64,000 nucleotides of DNA from an uncultured Granulosicoccaceae bacterium. GTDB lineage: Bacteria; Pseudomonadota; Gammaproteobacteria; Granulosicoccales; Granulosicoccaceae. The DNA lies in contig CAZYDV010000003.1 in NCBI GenBank assembly GCA_964646405.1, forward strand, positions 1 through 64,000, written 5' to 3'. Below, piece by piece: positions 38,885-48,143 of the stretch (position 1 is its first letter; each line of letters starts with the position of its first letter). Made by a program: the position numbers and the translations under genes. The notes under the pieces are model-generated. The model saw only the letters and a list, made by a program, of their open reading frames with translations. It did no database searches and was not told where the DNA came from.

Positions 38885-39894
38885 CGTGTCACTCCATCGA
38901 ACGAGCGTGACAACACATCATCGGCGTAAGTCACCTGCCAGCCCAGACCGGCCAGATGGTCGGCGAGTGCATTTTGATGTTGTATTACTTCAGCATTAGC
39001 TCGGTCTACCTGACGTGCTGGTACCGCGCAGGTGATACTGTTGTTCATCGCCAACAACCGCGCCGGGTAACGACCTGCGACCAGATGGCCCTGGGTGATA
39101 CGATCGCGGACTAAAAAACACTTCAGTGCATGGCGTGCCGCTGCAGCCTTCGACCATTGATCAAATCCCGAATTGCGATCAACTGCTTCATCGATCAGAC
39201 AGATCTCATCCCCTTTACCCAACAGGCTTTGCGCGTTGTCAAGCGCGGCCAGTAGTTCATCATCGTTCGCACCGATGGGAGTCGATACCTGCTCCGGTGT
39301 ATTCATCGCAGCCGCCAGGCAATCGTTATATTGCTGATGAATGCGTTCGAGCAATAGCCAAAGATGACGGCGCCCGCGTTTTGCAATAAGTGGTTCCTGT
39401 CCGCTGCAGACCAGACCGACGGGCTCGTTGATCACCTGCGCATCAAACGCCAGGCGCGCTGCGATCAGTGCAGCGGTTTTCGCCATCAAACGCTGCGCCG
39501 TACCAAACAACAGGCTGCTGTCCAGCCGCAATATGATCACACGCGCCCGGTGCGACTGGGCGGCAAATCGCTTCACCTGCAAACGTCCACTGCGCGCAGT
39601 AGCACGCCAGTCAACCCAGCGCGGATCATCACCATTCTGGTACGGGCTCACCCCGTCGAACGACAGACTTCTGGCTCGGCCGCGACCGGGGCGTTCACCA
39701 TCCGGACCCCGCATGCCGGCTGCAAGTGATGCGGGCCAACGATGCGGCTTCTGTGCAATCAACTCCTCAAACCGTAACTCGACTGCCTGCGATGCCGATT
39801 CCTCATTAATCAATGAACTGACACGCGCAGCTTCACTGGCCCGGTTTACAGGCCACTTTAAATGTTGTCGCCAGTGGCTAGACAAGATCGACAT
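38881..39894 (-). CDS. DUF58 domain protein
   Basis: DUF58 family pattern, in the usual position downstream of moxR. Confidence 0.65.
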   Translation of the reverse strand: MSILSSHWRQHLKWPVNRASEAARVSSLINEESASQAVELRFEELIAQKPHRWPASLAAGMRGPDGERPGRGRARSLSFDGVSPYQNGDDPRWVDWRATARSGRLQVKRFAAQSHRARVIILRLDSSLLFGTAQRLMAKTAALIAARLAFDAQVINEPVGLVCSGQEPLIAKRGRRHLWLLLERIHQQYNDCLAAAMNTPEQVSTPIGANDDELLAALDNAQSLLGKGDEICLIDEAVDRNSGFDQWSKAAAARHALKCFLVRDRITQGHLVAGRYPARLLAMNNSITCAVPARQVDRANAEVIQHQNALADHLAGLGWQVTYADDVLSRSFDGVTR

Positions 39895-40885
39895 GTTCTA
39901 CCAACCGTTCGATCAGGGATTCTTTTCTAATGCCATCGGCTTCAGCGCGATAGGTCAGCGCCACGCGATGTGCAAGCGTCGCTACCGCCAGATCACGGAC
40001 ATCCTCCGGCACCACATAGTCGCGACTATCCAGCCAGGCACGCGCTTTCGCCACCGCCGCAAGCGTGATAGATCCGCGCGATGAAGCCGGATGCGCCAGA
40101 TGTTCGGTCACACCTTGCAATGGCGAGGGTTCGGTGCGCAGTGTCGTTAACAGACGCACGATATAGTCACGCACCGGCGCTGACACATGCACCTCGCGAA
40201 CCTGGCGTTGCGCCTGTAGTAATTCGTTTATGCCGATTGATTGCTCGACTTTGTCATCGGCCGACTGATGCTGTTGTGCCTCGTCGAGCAACAAATCCAG
40301 AATGTCCTTTTCGCCTTGTGCATCGGCATAGTCGATATTGATCTGCAACATGAAACGATCGAGTTGCGCTTGTGGCAGATCCCAGGTGCCGTCGTGCTCT
40401 ATCGGGTTTTGTGTGGCGATAACAAAAAACGTCGGTGGCAAGGCATAGCTGGTTTCACCACTGGAGATCTGTCGCTCCTCCATCGCCTCAAGCAACGCCG
40501 ACTGCACCTTGGCTGGCGCACGATTGATTTCATCAGCCAGAATATAATTCGCAAACAACGGCCCGCGCTGAAACGCAAACTGTTGCGTGCTGTGATCGAG
40601 AATGGCGCCCCCGATCAAATCACTGGGCAGCAGATCGGGGGTGAACTGAATTCGATTGAAGCTGCCTTCCAGTGATTGAAACAACAGCCTGGCCATACGA
40701 GTTTTGGCCACACCCGGCGGGCCCTCCAATATCACATGGCCATCGGCCAGCATCGCCTCGACGACCTGCTGCGCGATCAGCGGCTGACCGACGACGTGCT
40801 GATTCACACTGGCAATCAGATCGCCGAACTGCTGCTGCAGATCAGTGGTTTGTGTATCGGTTGCCGGCATGGCTTGATCGTTCAT
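39878..40885 (-). CDS. MoxR family AAA+ ATPase
   Basis: Walker A GPPGVAKT and Walker B ILADEINRAPAKVQSALLEAMEE. Start trimmed to MNDQAM. Confidence 0.85.
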   Translation of the reverse strand: MNDQAMPATDTQTTDLQQQFGDLIASVNQHVVGQPLIAQQVVEAMLADGHVILEGPPGVAKTRMARLLFQSLEGSFNRIQFTPDLLPSDLIGGAILDHSTQQFAFQRGPLFANYILADEINRAPAKVQSALLEAMEERQISSGETSYALPPTFFVIATQNPIEHDGTWDLPQAQLDRFMLQINIDYADAQGEKDILDLLLDEAQQHQSADDKVEQSIGINELLQAQRQVREVHVSAPVRDYIVRLLTTLRTEPSPLQGVTEHLAHPASSRGSITLAAVAKARAWLDSRDYVVPEDVRDLAVATLAHRVALTYRAEADGIRKESLIERLVEHVDLV

Positions 40886-41083
40886 CGAAATCGAGGCCAC
40901 AGACTTAACACTGCGACGCTTCGCCGGCACAGCCGCAAATGATCATTTCATTCGGCAAAGCTTCCCCCTCAGCCAAATTTCGGCTGCTGAAAATAGTCAG
41001 TGATTCTGTCGAGTTGCCGGGACCGGATGATCCCGACAACTCTGCTCAGTTAACTAACGCAGTTGGTTAACTACGCTATTGTG

Positions 41084-43444
41084 CTAACCCACATTTTCAC
41101 CAAACGGCATATCGCGAAAACGCTTGCCGGTTGCGGCAAAAATAGCGTTGGCAAGCGCTGGCGCTACCGGTGGCACACCGGGTTCACCCACACCGGTTGC
41201 GTGTACCGAAAACGGGTGATCCACGATATGGGTGTGCACATCTTTGGGATACGAATTGATGCGCACGACCGGATAGTCATGGAAGTTCGAGTTGGTTACC
41301 GCACCATTCTCGTAGTTGATGTTCGAGTGCATCGCCAGCGTCATGCCCATCACCGCCGCCCCTTCCATCTGTGACGCCACCCGTTCGGGGTTTACACAGA
41401 AACCGCAGTCGACGGCCATATGCACTTCGGGCACAGCAACGCTGCCATCGGCACCGACTTTTACTTTCACCACCGATGCTACGTAGGTCACGAAGCTGCG
41501 GTGCGCGGCAATACCCAGCGCCTCACCCTCGGGCAGGTCCTTGCCCCAACCGGCCTTCTCTGCCGCAAGCTCTATCACGCCACGCAAACGCGCGGTATCG
41601 TTAGGAAATTCCTCATAGGGTTCGCCGTAGTTCCACAACTCTTTCATATCGGCGGCGACCGGATCGATCTTCCGATCGGGACCGATCAACTCGATCAGCA
41701 TGTCCTTGGGATCACGCCCCAGGTCGTGCGCGAGTTCGGCAATGAATGACTGCACGCCCCAGGCCCGAGGAATATTCGATACCGAACGGAACCAGCCGAT
41801 GCGGGTGTGGGATTTTGCCTCACCCGATTCAACCACCAGATTCTCCACACCAATCGGCGTATCGACCAGCCCCATGCCTGCTTCCAGGCCACTGGTATGC
41901 AGCGGATCTTCAACGAACGTGGAGAAAATCGTCGGCGATACGGAGCGATGGCGCCAGCCAATGACTTTGTCATCGCTATCGAGCGCGGCTTCGAGATGTT
42001 CCACCGACGTGGTGTGATAGAAGCCGTGGCGAATGTCATCTTCACGTGTCCACTGCAGCTTCACCGGTGCGCCAATTTCTTTCGATACCAGTGCCGCCTC
42101 GATCACGTAATCACACTTGGACTTTCGACCAAAACCACCACCGAGCAGACTGACCTCAACCGTAACATCCGCCGCATCCATACCCAGTGCTGCCGAGGTA
42201 TCGGTTCTGGCCCCATAAGGGCTTTGCACCGGCGCCCAGATATTCAGCTTGCCGTCTTTGAAGTCGGCAACCGCCACCAGCGGTTCCATCTGCGCATGCT
42301 GCATGTGCGGCTGATAATACTCCTGCGAAAACACTCGCGCCGCGTTGCTGAACGCTGCATCAGGGTCGCCCACCTTACGCAGAACCTTGCCCGGCTTTTT
42401 TGCCGTCGCCCGCATCTGATCGGCATAGGCTTGCGAGTTGTATTGTGCGTGCGGGCTGTCGCTCCACTGTATCTTCAGTGCATCGCGGCCCTTGATTGCA
42501 GCCCAGGTGTTGGATGCCACAACCGCCACGCCACCCAGCGGTGCAAACTTTGCCGGCGGCATGGAACCATCGATATTAACGATACGTTCAACGCCGGGCA
42601 CTTTCATCGCATCGGAATCATCAACCGATTCAACTCTGGCGCCGACGACCGGCGGGCGCGCGACTGCCGCGAACTTCATGCCGTCCAGAGTGATATCCGC
42701 ACCGTATCGCGCCTTACCGGTGGTGATGTCGTGCAGATCGTATATCGGCACTTCACCTTTGCCCATGTAGCGAAACTGATCGTCGGTTTTGAAGGTCAGC
42801 TCCTCGAATGCTGGCACCTCCAGCGCCATGGCCTCGGCGGCAATATCGCCGTAGCCGATTTTCTTCGAGCCGTCTTTCATGTGAACTTCATGGTTTTCGG
42901 CGATAACCTGATCGGCCTCCACACCCCACTGCTTGGCCGCCGCCTGCTCCAGCATCGAACGCACCGACGCCCCCATCTGCCGCATGGGCTGCAGGTAGTG
43001 ACGCAAACTGCGCGAGCCATCTGTATCCTGGTTGCCGTATTTGGGTTCATCACCCTCGGCCTGACGCAACACCACACGTGACCAGTCGGCCTCCATCTCA
43101 TCCGCCAATACCATCGGCACACCAGTCTTCGCACCGGTGCCCATCTCCGAGCGATGCGTGGTCAATATGACCGTGCCATCCGGTGCAATCTCTACAAACA
43201 CATGCGGATCGACAACCGTCCCGTTTGGCATACCTTCGGCACCGGTCGGGTACGGGTCATAGGCCATAGCCGTACCGGGCACGATTTGCATGGCCAACGC
43301 CATTGCCGCACCGCCGCCACTGAGTTGAAGGAACTTGCGGCGGCTGAGTTTTCCAATGATCGCGCTGGACGGCGGCGAATTTTCGGCTTCGACCGGCTCA
43401 CCATAGAGTTCGGCGGCAATGGCCTGTTCAATCTGGCTGTGCAT
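41084..43444 (-). CDS. Molybdopterin-binding subunit of xanthine-dehydrogenase-family aldehyde oxidoreductase (IorB-like), TAT-exported
   Basis: Twin-arginine signal SRRKFLQLSGGGAAMALA. Its ATG lies 2 nt after the stop of the 2Fe-2S subunit gene. Confidence 0.8.
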   Translation of the reverse strand: MHSQIEQAIAAELYGEPVEAENSPPSSAIIGKLSRRKFLQLSGGGAAMALAMQIVPGTAMAYDPYPTGAEGMPNGTVVDPHVFVEIAPDGTVILTTHRSEMGTGAKTGVPMVLADEMEADWSRVVLRQAEGDEPKYGNQDTDGSRSLRHYLQPMRQMGASVRSMLEQAAAKQWGVEADQVIAENHEVHMKDGSKKIGYGDIAAEAMALEVPAFEELTFKTDDQFRYMGKGEVPIYDLHDITTGKARYGADITLDGMKFAAVARPPVVGARVESVDDSDAMKVPGVERIVNIDGSMPPAKFAPLGGVAVVASNTWAAIKGRDALKIQWSDSPHAQYNSQAYADQMRATAKKPGKVLRKVGDPDAAFSNAARVFSQEYYQPHMQHAQMEPLVAVADFKDGKLNIWAPVQSPYGARTDTSAALGMDAADVTVEVSLLGGGFGRKSKCDYVIEAALVSKEIGAPVKLQWTREDDIRHGFYHTTSVEHLEAALDSDDKVIGWRHRSVSPTIFSTFVEDPLHTSGLEAGMGLVDTPIGVENLVVESGEAKSHTRIGWFRSVSNIPRAWGVQSFIAELAHDLGRDPKDMLIELIGPDRKIDPVAADMKELWNYGEPYEEFPNDTARLRGVIELAAEKAGWGKDLPEGEALGIAAHRSFVTYVASVVKVKVGADGSVAVPEVHMAVDCGFCVNPERVASQMEGAAVMGMTLAMHSNINYENGAVTNSNFHDYPVVRINSYPKDVHTHIVDHPFSVHATGVGEPGVPPVAPALANAIFAATGKRFRDMPFGENVG

Positions 43445-43446
43445 AA

Positions 43447-43908
43447 TTAACCCTCCATTTCCGAGGCCGCCATTTCTACGGCCGCCTGAATTCGTTGATA
43501 ACAACCGCAACGGCAGATGTTGCCCGTCATCTGTTGCTCGATTTCCTCGCTGGACACACCGGAATTGTTCGCAAGCAGAGACGCTGCGTTCATGATCTGA
43601 CCCGCCTGGCAATAGCCGCACTGCGGCACGTTTTGCGCGCGCCAGGCCTTTTGCACCGGATGATCCCCGTTCGGATCCAGCCCTTCAATGGTGGTGATGT
43701 CGCGCCCGGCAACCGACTCCATGCTCAGCAGGCAGCCGCGCTGCGCTTTGCCATCGACATGCACCGTGCAGGCACCGCACTGGCCGGTCCCGCAGCCGAA
43801 CTTGGTACCGTGCAGGTTCAAAATATCCCGAACGTACCAAAGCACCGGCATCGTGGGGTCACCATCGAACGCGTGCTCTTCGCCATTAACCTTGATGGAA
43901 ATTGCCAT
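43447..43908 (-). CDS. (2Fe-2S)-binding subunit of aldehyde oxidoreductase (IorA-like)
   Basis: Two [2Fe-2S] Cys clusters: CGTGQCGACTV and ..CGYCQAG...CRCGCY.. Confidence 0.9.
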   Translation of the reverse strand: MAISIKVNGEEHAFDGDPTMPVLWYVRDILNLHGTKFGCGTGQCGACTVHVDGKAQRGCLLSMESVAGRDITTIEGLDPNGDHPVQKAWRAQNVPQCGYCQAGQIMNAASLLANNSGVSSEEIEQQMTGNICRCGCYQRIQAAVEMAASEMEG

Positions 43909-44018
43909 GTATCCTCCGTAGTTTTAGGTTGGTCAGCCTGCGCTGACCGATTCGTATCGCCTATGAAGAGCGGGGCTCTCCATTGGCAGTAAATTATCGA
44001 TGTAGAGTAAGTGCTGCA

Positions 44019-44648
44019 CTATTTCTTCTGAGACTCAATCAGGGCCTGCAATGCGCCTTCGATCTGTGCGAGTGCCTGCTGATCTGTTTTAGTGACTGGT
44101 TCGGCGCTCTCGCAACGGGGATCGGTACGCTGCAACGCGCCAAACATTTCGCGCGTCAACGGGATCGGATCGCAACCATTGTCCTGCTCGCACACCATGT
44201 CGAACTCCGGCTTGGCCATTGCGTAACAGCCAAAACAGTTCATGCCAAAGCCATTGTTGACTTCAGCAAAACCACGCGTGTTGATGTTGGTGCCTTTGGC
44301 ATCGACGTCAAGAAAGAAAAATTCCCAATCGTTGGTGGCCGGGTTAAAGCCCTTTTGCCTTTTGACCATGGCTTCAAACGGGATCAACTGCAGCAGACTA
44401 CCAGGCGGATAGACGCCCTTACCGGCCTGCGCCACCTTCACTGTGCCATCCAGGTTGCCCAGCAGGTTGTCCACATAGAAGTGACGGACCTGGGTCATAT
44501 CGCTCATACAGCGGAAAGATGAGTTGTCCACAGACACCTCATCCGCCAGACCCATACCGGTCCCAATCCAGACCATCAACGCGCCAGCACACATCTGTCG
44601 ACCTAAACCGCGCCGGCTTTTACGAGCACCACCCGTGTCACGAGCCAT
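44019..44648 (-). CDS. Secreted hypothetical protein upstream of iorAB-like genes
   Basis: Signal-like hydrophobic N-terminus and several Cys (..NCFGCYAM..) but no CxxCH heme motif. Confidence 0.45.
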   Translation of the reverse strand: MARDTGGARKSRRGLGRQMCAGALMVWIGTGMGLADEVSVDNSSFRCMSDMTQVRHFYVDNLLGNLDGTVKVAQAGKGVYPPGSLLQLIPFEAMVKRQKGFNPATNDWEFFFLDVDAKGTNINTRGFAEVNNGFGMNCFGCYAMAKPEFDMVCEQDNGCDPIPLTREMFGALQRTDPRCESAEPVTKTDQQALAQIEGALQALIESQKK

Positions 44649-45595
44649 CGTGCTATTTCCCCGATTTCTCTTCATCCGAGCGCAGGAACGCAGGCGTTCA
44701 TATTCTGCACTCTGAATTCAGAACTCGAATATTGCACAAAAGGCAGGAGGTGTGCAACTTTCTTTGCGGGGTTGATGCACCTGCAGGGCACAGCGGCCAA
44801 GTCACTAAACATCACCAGGAAAAAGAATCCGATAATCGATGCTCACTGGAGATCATCGAGGATGCGTTTTCAACGAGCTCGATCGAGCGTTGATAATCAG
44901 TTCGACAGTGATTTCGTGCAGGATCTGCACTCGTTACATCGATGTGCCGAGCACCGACTTGTTGCGGGTGAGTGGTGAGTGCGGCGCTGCCGAGTAGCGG
45001 GCTGCGGAAATGGGTCACCTATGGAATGTATGTCCGACGAGCCAGTGCTCGGTACCCACTGCCCAGCTAGTTTCCGGGTTCTGGAATCCCCGTTCTTCAA
45101 CGTACTACTGGACGATCATCCCTGGAGGACTAGATGACCCAACCGCTCCTCCACAATTGACCTGTAGATAACGCGCTTGTAGTGTGTCGTTTAGGTTTGA
45201 AGTATGAACTCGCATAATGCGATAAGGTTGAGAATTTAATACAATTCAGCCAGATGTGGCGTGTGCAACCACACCTAACGCGTGCGGATCATTTCGAATA
45301 GCTACGGGAATACAGAGAATCGAGACAATTGCGAAAAGCGCGATTAAGGGCATCCAGCTACTAGAATCAGATGGGTGCTAGGTGTTGGAAACAACTACTG
45401 TGGCTGCTGGAATGAAAAACACATCCGACGAAATCGTTCTACAGACTGAAGAAGCTCTTGCTGGGGCATGGGACAGTGTTTGCGGCCCCGAGAGTGAATT
45501 CGCGAGTAAAAAGCCTGATGGTGAGATTCAAGGCGAGTGAACACATTGCTATGACAGGCCAATTGTTAGAGACAAATTTCAGACCTAAGCACCGT

Positions 45596-45814
45596 ATGAC
45601 AATGATCATCGGATTGCTCTTATGTGTACCTGTGTCCGCGTGCGCTACTGAGCCAAAGGCCAAGGACCCAGAAGAACAAAAAACAGAAAGGTGCTTGAGT
45701 ATCGTCGGAGTCAAAGTATGTCCGTTTTTTGACCCGAGAACGAAGGATGAAAAGCTGAAATTCAAAGCAGATTCAAGGGAATCTAAAAATGAAGAACCGA
45801 AAGAGGAAGAATAA
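45596..45814 (+). CDS. Small putative lipoprotein in low-GC region
   Basis: MTMIIGLLLCVPVSACAT lipobox-like start followed by a Lys/Glu-rich tail. Confidence 0.3.
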   Translation: MTMIIGLLLCVPVSACATEPKAKDPEEQKTERCLSIVGVKVCPFFDPRTKDEKLKFKADSRESKNEEPKEEE

Positions 45815-46066
45815 ACTCTAAGGCGCGAGAAATAGCAGAAGAACGGTATAAGGCGAACAGGTGGGCCGACGCTGACTCAAAGCGACTGCGACTAAAAAAA
45901 GCGTGCGAGTATTTTACGATCTTACCTGCCTGAAGGGGAAACGATGCTCGCAGGCCCACGCCAAAGCTGGTGGTTCTCGCGGGTGTCGATCTGGAGGTAA
46001 AAGCTCAATTCTTGGATTTCGCCTTTACGCCAAATTTTGCCGGACCCTTCAACCCTTTGATTCAAA

Positions 46067-46143
46067 TGGCGCGCCCGGAAGGACTCGAACCTCCGACCAC
46101 CTGGTTCGAAGCCAGGTGCTCTATCCAACTGAGCTACGGGCGC
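46067..46143 (-). tRNA. tRNA-Arg (anticodon UCG)
   Basis: Minus strand: GCGCCCG-TA-GCTC-AGTTGGATA-GAGC-A-CCTGG-CTTCGAA-CCAGG-TGGTC-GGAGG-TTCGAGT-CCTTC-CGGGCGC-G-CCA. Perfect 7-bp acceptor stem and encoded CCA. Confidence 0.9.
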
Positions 46144-46396
46144 GCTGGTACTGCAAGTGCCGCTTCGAGGCCGTTGCGGCTTCGACTCATTATTGTAGCG
46201 CTAATCGGGGGGGATGAACACCCGGGCGGGGCTTTGTTGGGTCAGGATGGCGGATTGAGGGGTTTGCCCGCCGCTTCGCCGATTGGTACGTGCGCTTAGG
46301 CTTACGGCCCCTACGATTGCAGTTTGCGGGCCCGTACCACACCCCGGCAGTGCGTGGCCCCTTCGATTTTGGGGCCACGGAGTTTGGGTGGGTCAG

Positions 46397-47245
46397 TCAG
46401 GCGTGCGGCGCGATGACTTCCTGGCGTTGTTCACCGAGGCCTGCGATGCCTAAGGTGACGACGTCGCCGGCTTTCAGGTACTGCGGTGGTTTCATGCCCA
46501 TGCCGACGCCTGGCGGGGTGCCAGTGCTGATGATGTCGCCAGGTTGCAGGCTCATGAAGCGGGAGACGTAGCTGACGAGGAAGGGCACTTTGTAAACGAT
46601 AGTGTTGGTGCTGCCTTTCTGCTTTGACTCGCCGTTGACGTCGAGGAACATGGAGAGGTTGTGCGGATCGGGGATCTCGTCTTTGGTGACCATCCACGGG
46701 CCGGTGGGGCCGAACGTGTCGTGCGATTTACCTTTGACCCACTGACCGGAGCGGTGAATCTGGAAGTGGCGCTCGGAGACGTCGTTGACGACGCAGTAGC
46801 CGGCGATGTGGTCGTAGGCGTCAGCTTCGTCGACGTATTTGGTCTCTTTGCCGATGACGATGGCAAGCTCTACTTCCCAGTCGAGCATAGTGGATTCGCG
46901 GGGCACTTCGATCGCGTCATCCGGGCCGACGATACAGCTGGTCGCTTTGAAGAACATGACGGGCTCAGGCGGGACCTCGAGGCCGGACTCCTTGGCGTGA
47001 TCGGAGTAGTTCAGTCCGATGCAGACGAGCTTGCCAACATTGCCTACACAGGCGCCGATGCGGGTGCCGGCATCGACTTTTGGCAGGCTGGCCAGATCGA
47101 GGGCGGCGAGCTTTGCCAGCTCAGCCTCGGACAGGCTGGCGCCATTGATGTCGCTCACGTGGGCAGACAGGTCGCGAATGTTGCCGTCGGCGTCGATCGC
47201 ACCCGGCTTTTCCTGACCCGGCTGGCCATAGCGCATTAGTTTCAT
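46397..47245 (-). CDS. Fumarylacetoacetate hydrolase (FAH) family protein
   Basis: FAH family pattern (..KLVCIGLNYSDHAKE...EVELAIVIGK...). Confidence 0.8.
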   Translation of the reverse strand: MKLMRYGQPGQEKPGAIDADGNIRDLSAHVSDINGASLSEAELAKLAALDLASLPKVDAGTRIGACVGNVGKLVCIGLNYSDHAKESGLEVPPEPVMFFKATSCIVGPDDAIEVPRESTMLDWEVELAIVIGKETKYVDEADAYDHIAGYCVVNDVSERHFQIHRSGQWVKGKSHDTFGPTGPWMVTKDEIPDPHNLSMFLDVNGESKQKGSTNTIVYKVPFLVSYVSRFMSLQPGDIISTGTPPGVGMGMKPPQYLKAGDVVTLGIAGLGEQRQEVIAPHA

Positions 47246-47347
47246 TGAGAGCTCCGATTAGGGATGGGCGGGCAGGTCCGCCGGATAGGGCAATTCTACG
47301 TTTTGGGACGTGGGTGGATCAATCGCCCACAAGACATAGCAGGCGAA

Positions 47348-48082
47348 TCAAACGGCCCAGCCGCCGTCGACGATATGCGCCTGACCGGTGGTGAACGCGG
47401 ATTCGTCGCTGGCCAGATACAGGCAAAGATTGGCGATTTCCTCTGTGGTGCCGAGGCGCCCCATCGGCTGGCGGGCGACGAAGTCTTTCATCGCCTGATC
47501 GTAGTCGCCGGTGGCACGCAGGCGATCGTGTAACGAGGGTGACTCAACGGTGCCGGGACAAATCGCGTTGCAGCGAATGCCCTGGGATACATAATCGGCG
47601 GCGACGGATTTGGTCAGACCCAGAAGGGCTGCCTTGGTGGTGCCATAGACGAAGCGATTGGGCACGCCTTTGATGCTGGAGGCGACCGATGAGATGATGA
47701 TGATCGATCCTCCACCGTTGTCGAGCATCGCCGGCAGCGCAGCGCTGATGGTGTAGTAGCTGGAATTAACATTCAGGTTAAACGAGAACTCCCAGTCTTT
47801 CTGATCACAGGCCAGTATGCTGCCGTGATGCACGAAGCCGGCGCAGTTGACCAGTGCATCCAGCGGTCCGGCACCTTTAATGACGCTGTCGACGGCATCG
47901 CGATCGGTCGCATCCAGCACAATGGTTTTGATGCCATGGGGCTCGAGTTCGGCCAGTGTGTCAGCGTTGATATCAGTTGCGGTAACTGTTGCACCTTGTT
48001 GTGCAAAGGCCATGGCTACGGCGCGGCCAATACCCTGCCCTGCGGCGGTGATCAGTGCGGTTTTGTTCTGCAACCTGTTCAA
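47348..48082 (-). CDS. SDR family oxidoreductase
   Basis: NAD(P)-binding TALITAAGQGIGRAVA plus catalytic YxxxK region. No ATG near the Rossmann motif, so a TTG start with GGAGA RBS is proposed. Confidence 0.7.
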   Translation of the reverse strand: MNRLQNKTALITAAGQGIGRAVAMAFAQQGATVTATDINADTLAELEPHGIKTIVLDATDRDAVDSVIKGAGPLDALVNCAGFVHHGSILACDQKDWEFSFNLNVNSSYYTISAALPAMLDNGGGSIIIISSVASSIKGVPNRFVYGTTKAALLGLTKSVAADYVSQGIRCNAICPGTVESPSLHDRLRATGDYDQAMKDFVARQPMGRLGTTEEIANLCLYLASDESAFTTGQAHIVDGGWAV

Positions 48083-48143
48083 TGCGGTCGTTCTCCGGTG
48101 TCTCGTCTTGCAAAGCGCATTTGCGGTGCGCTGATATAATTTT

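Noticed and set aside
46330-46380. Hairpin CGTGGCCCC-TTCGATTTT-GGGGCCACG downstream of the FAH gene as intrinsic terminator
   Set aside because: Perfect 9-bp stem but no U-run on either strand. It could be a Rho-dependent or REP-like element. Not called as a terminator.
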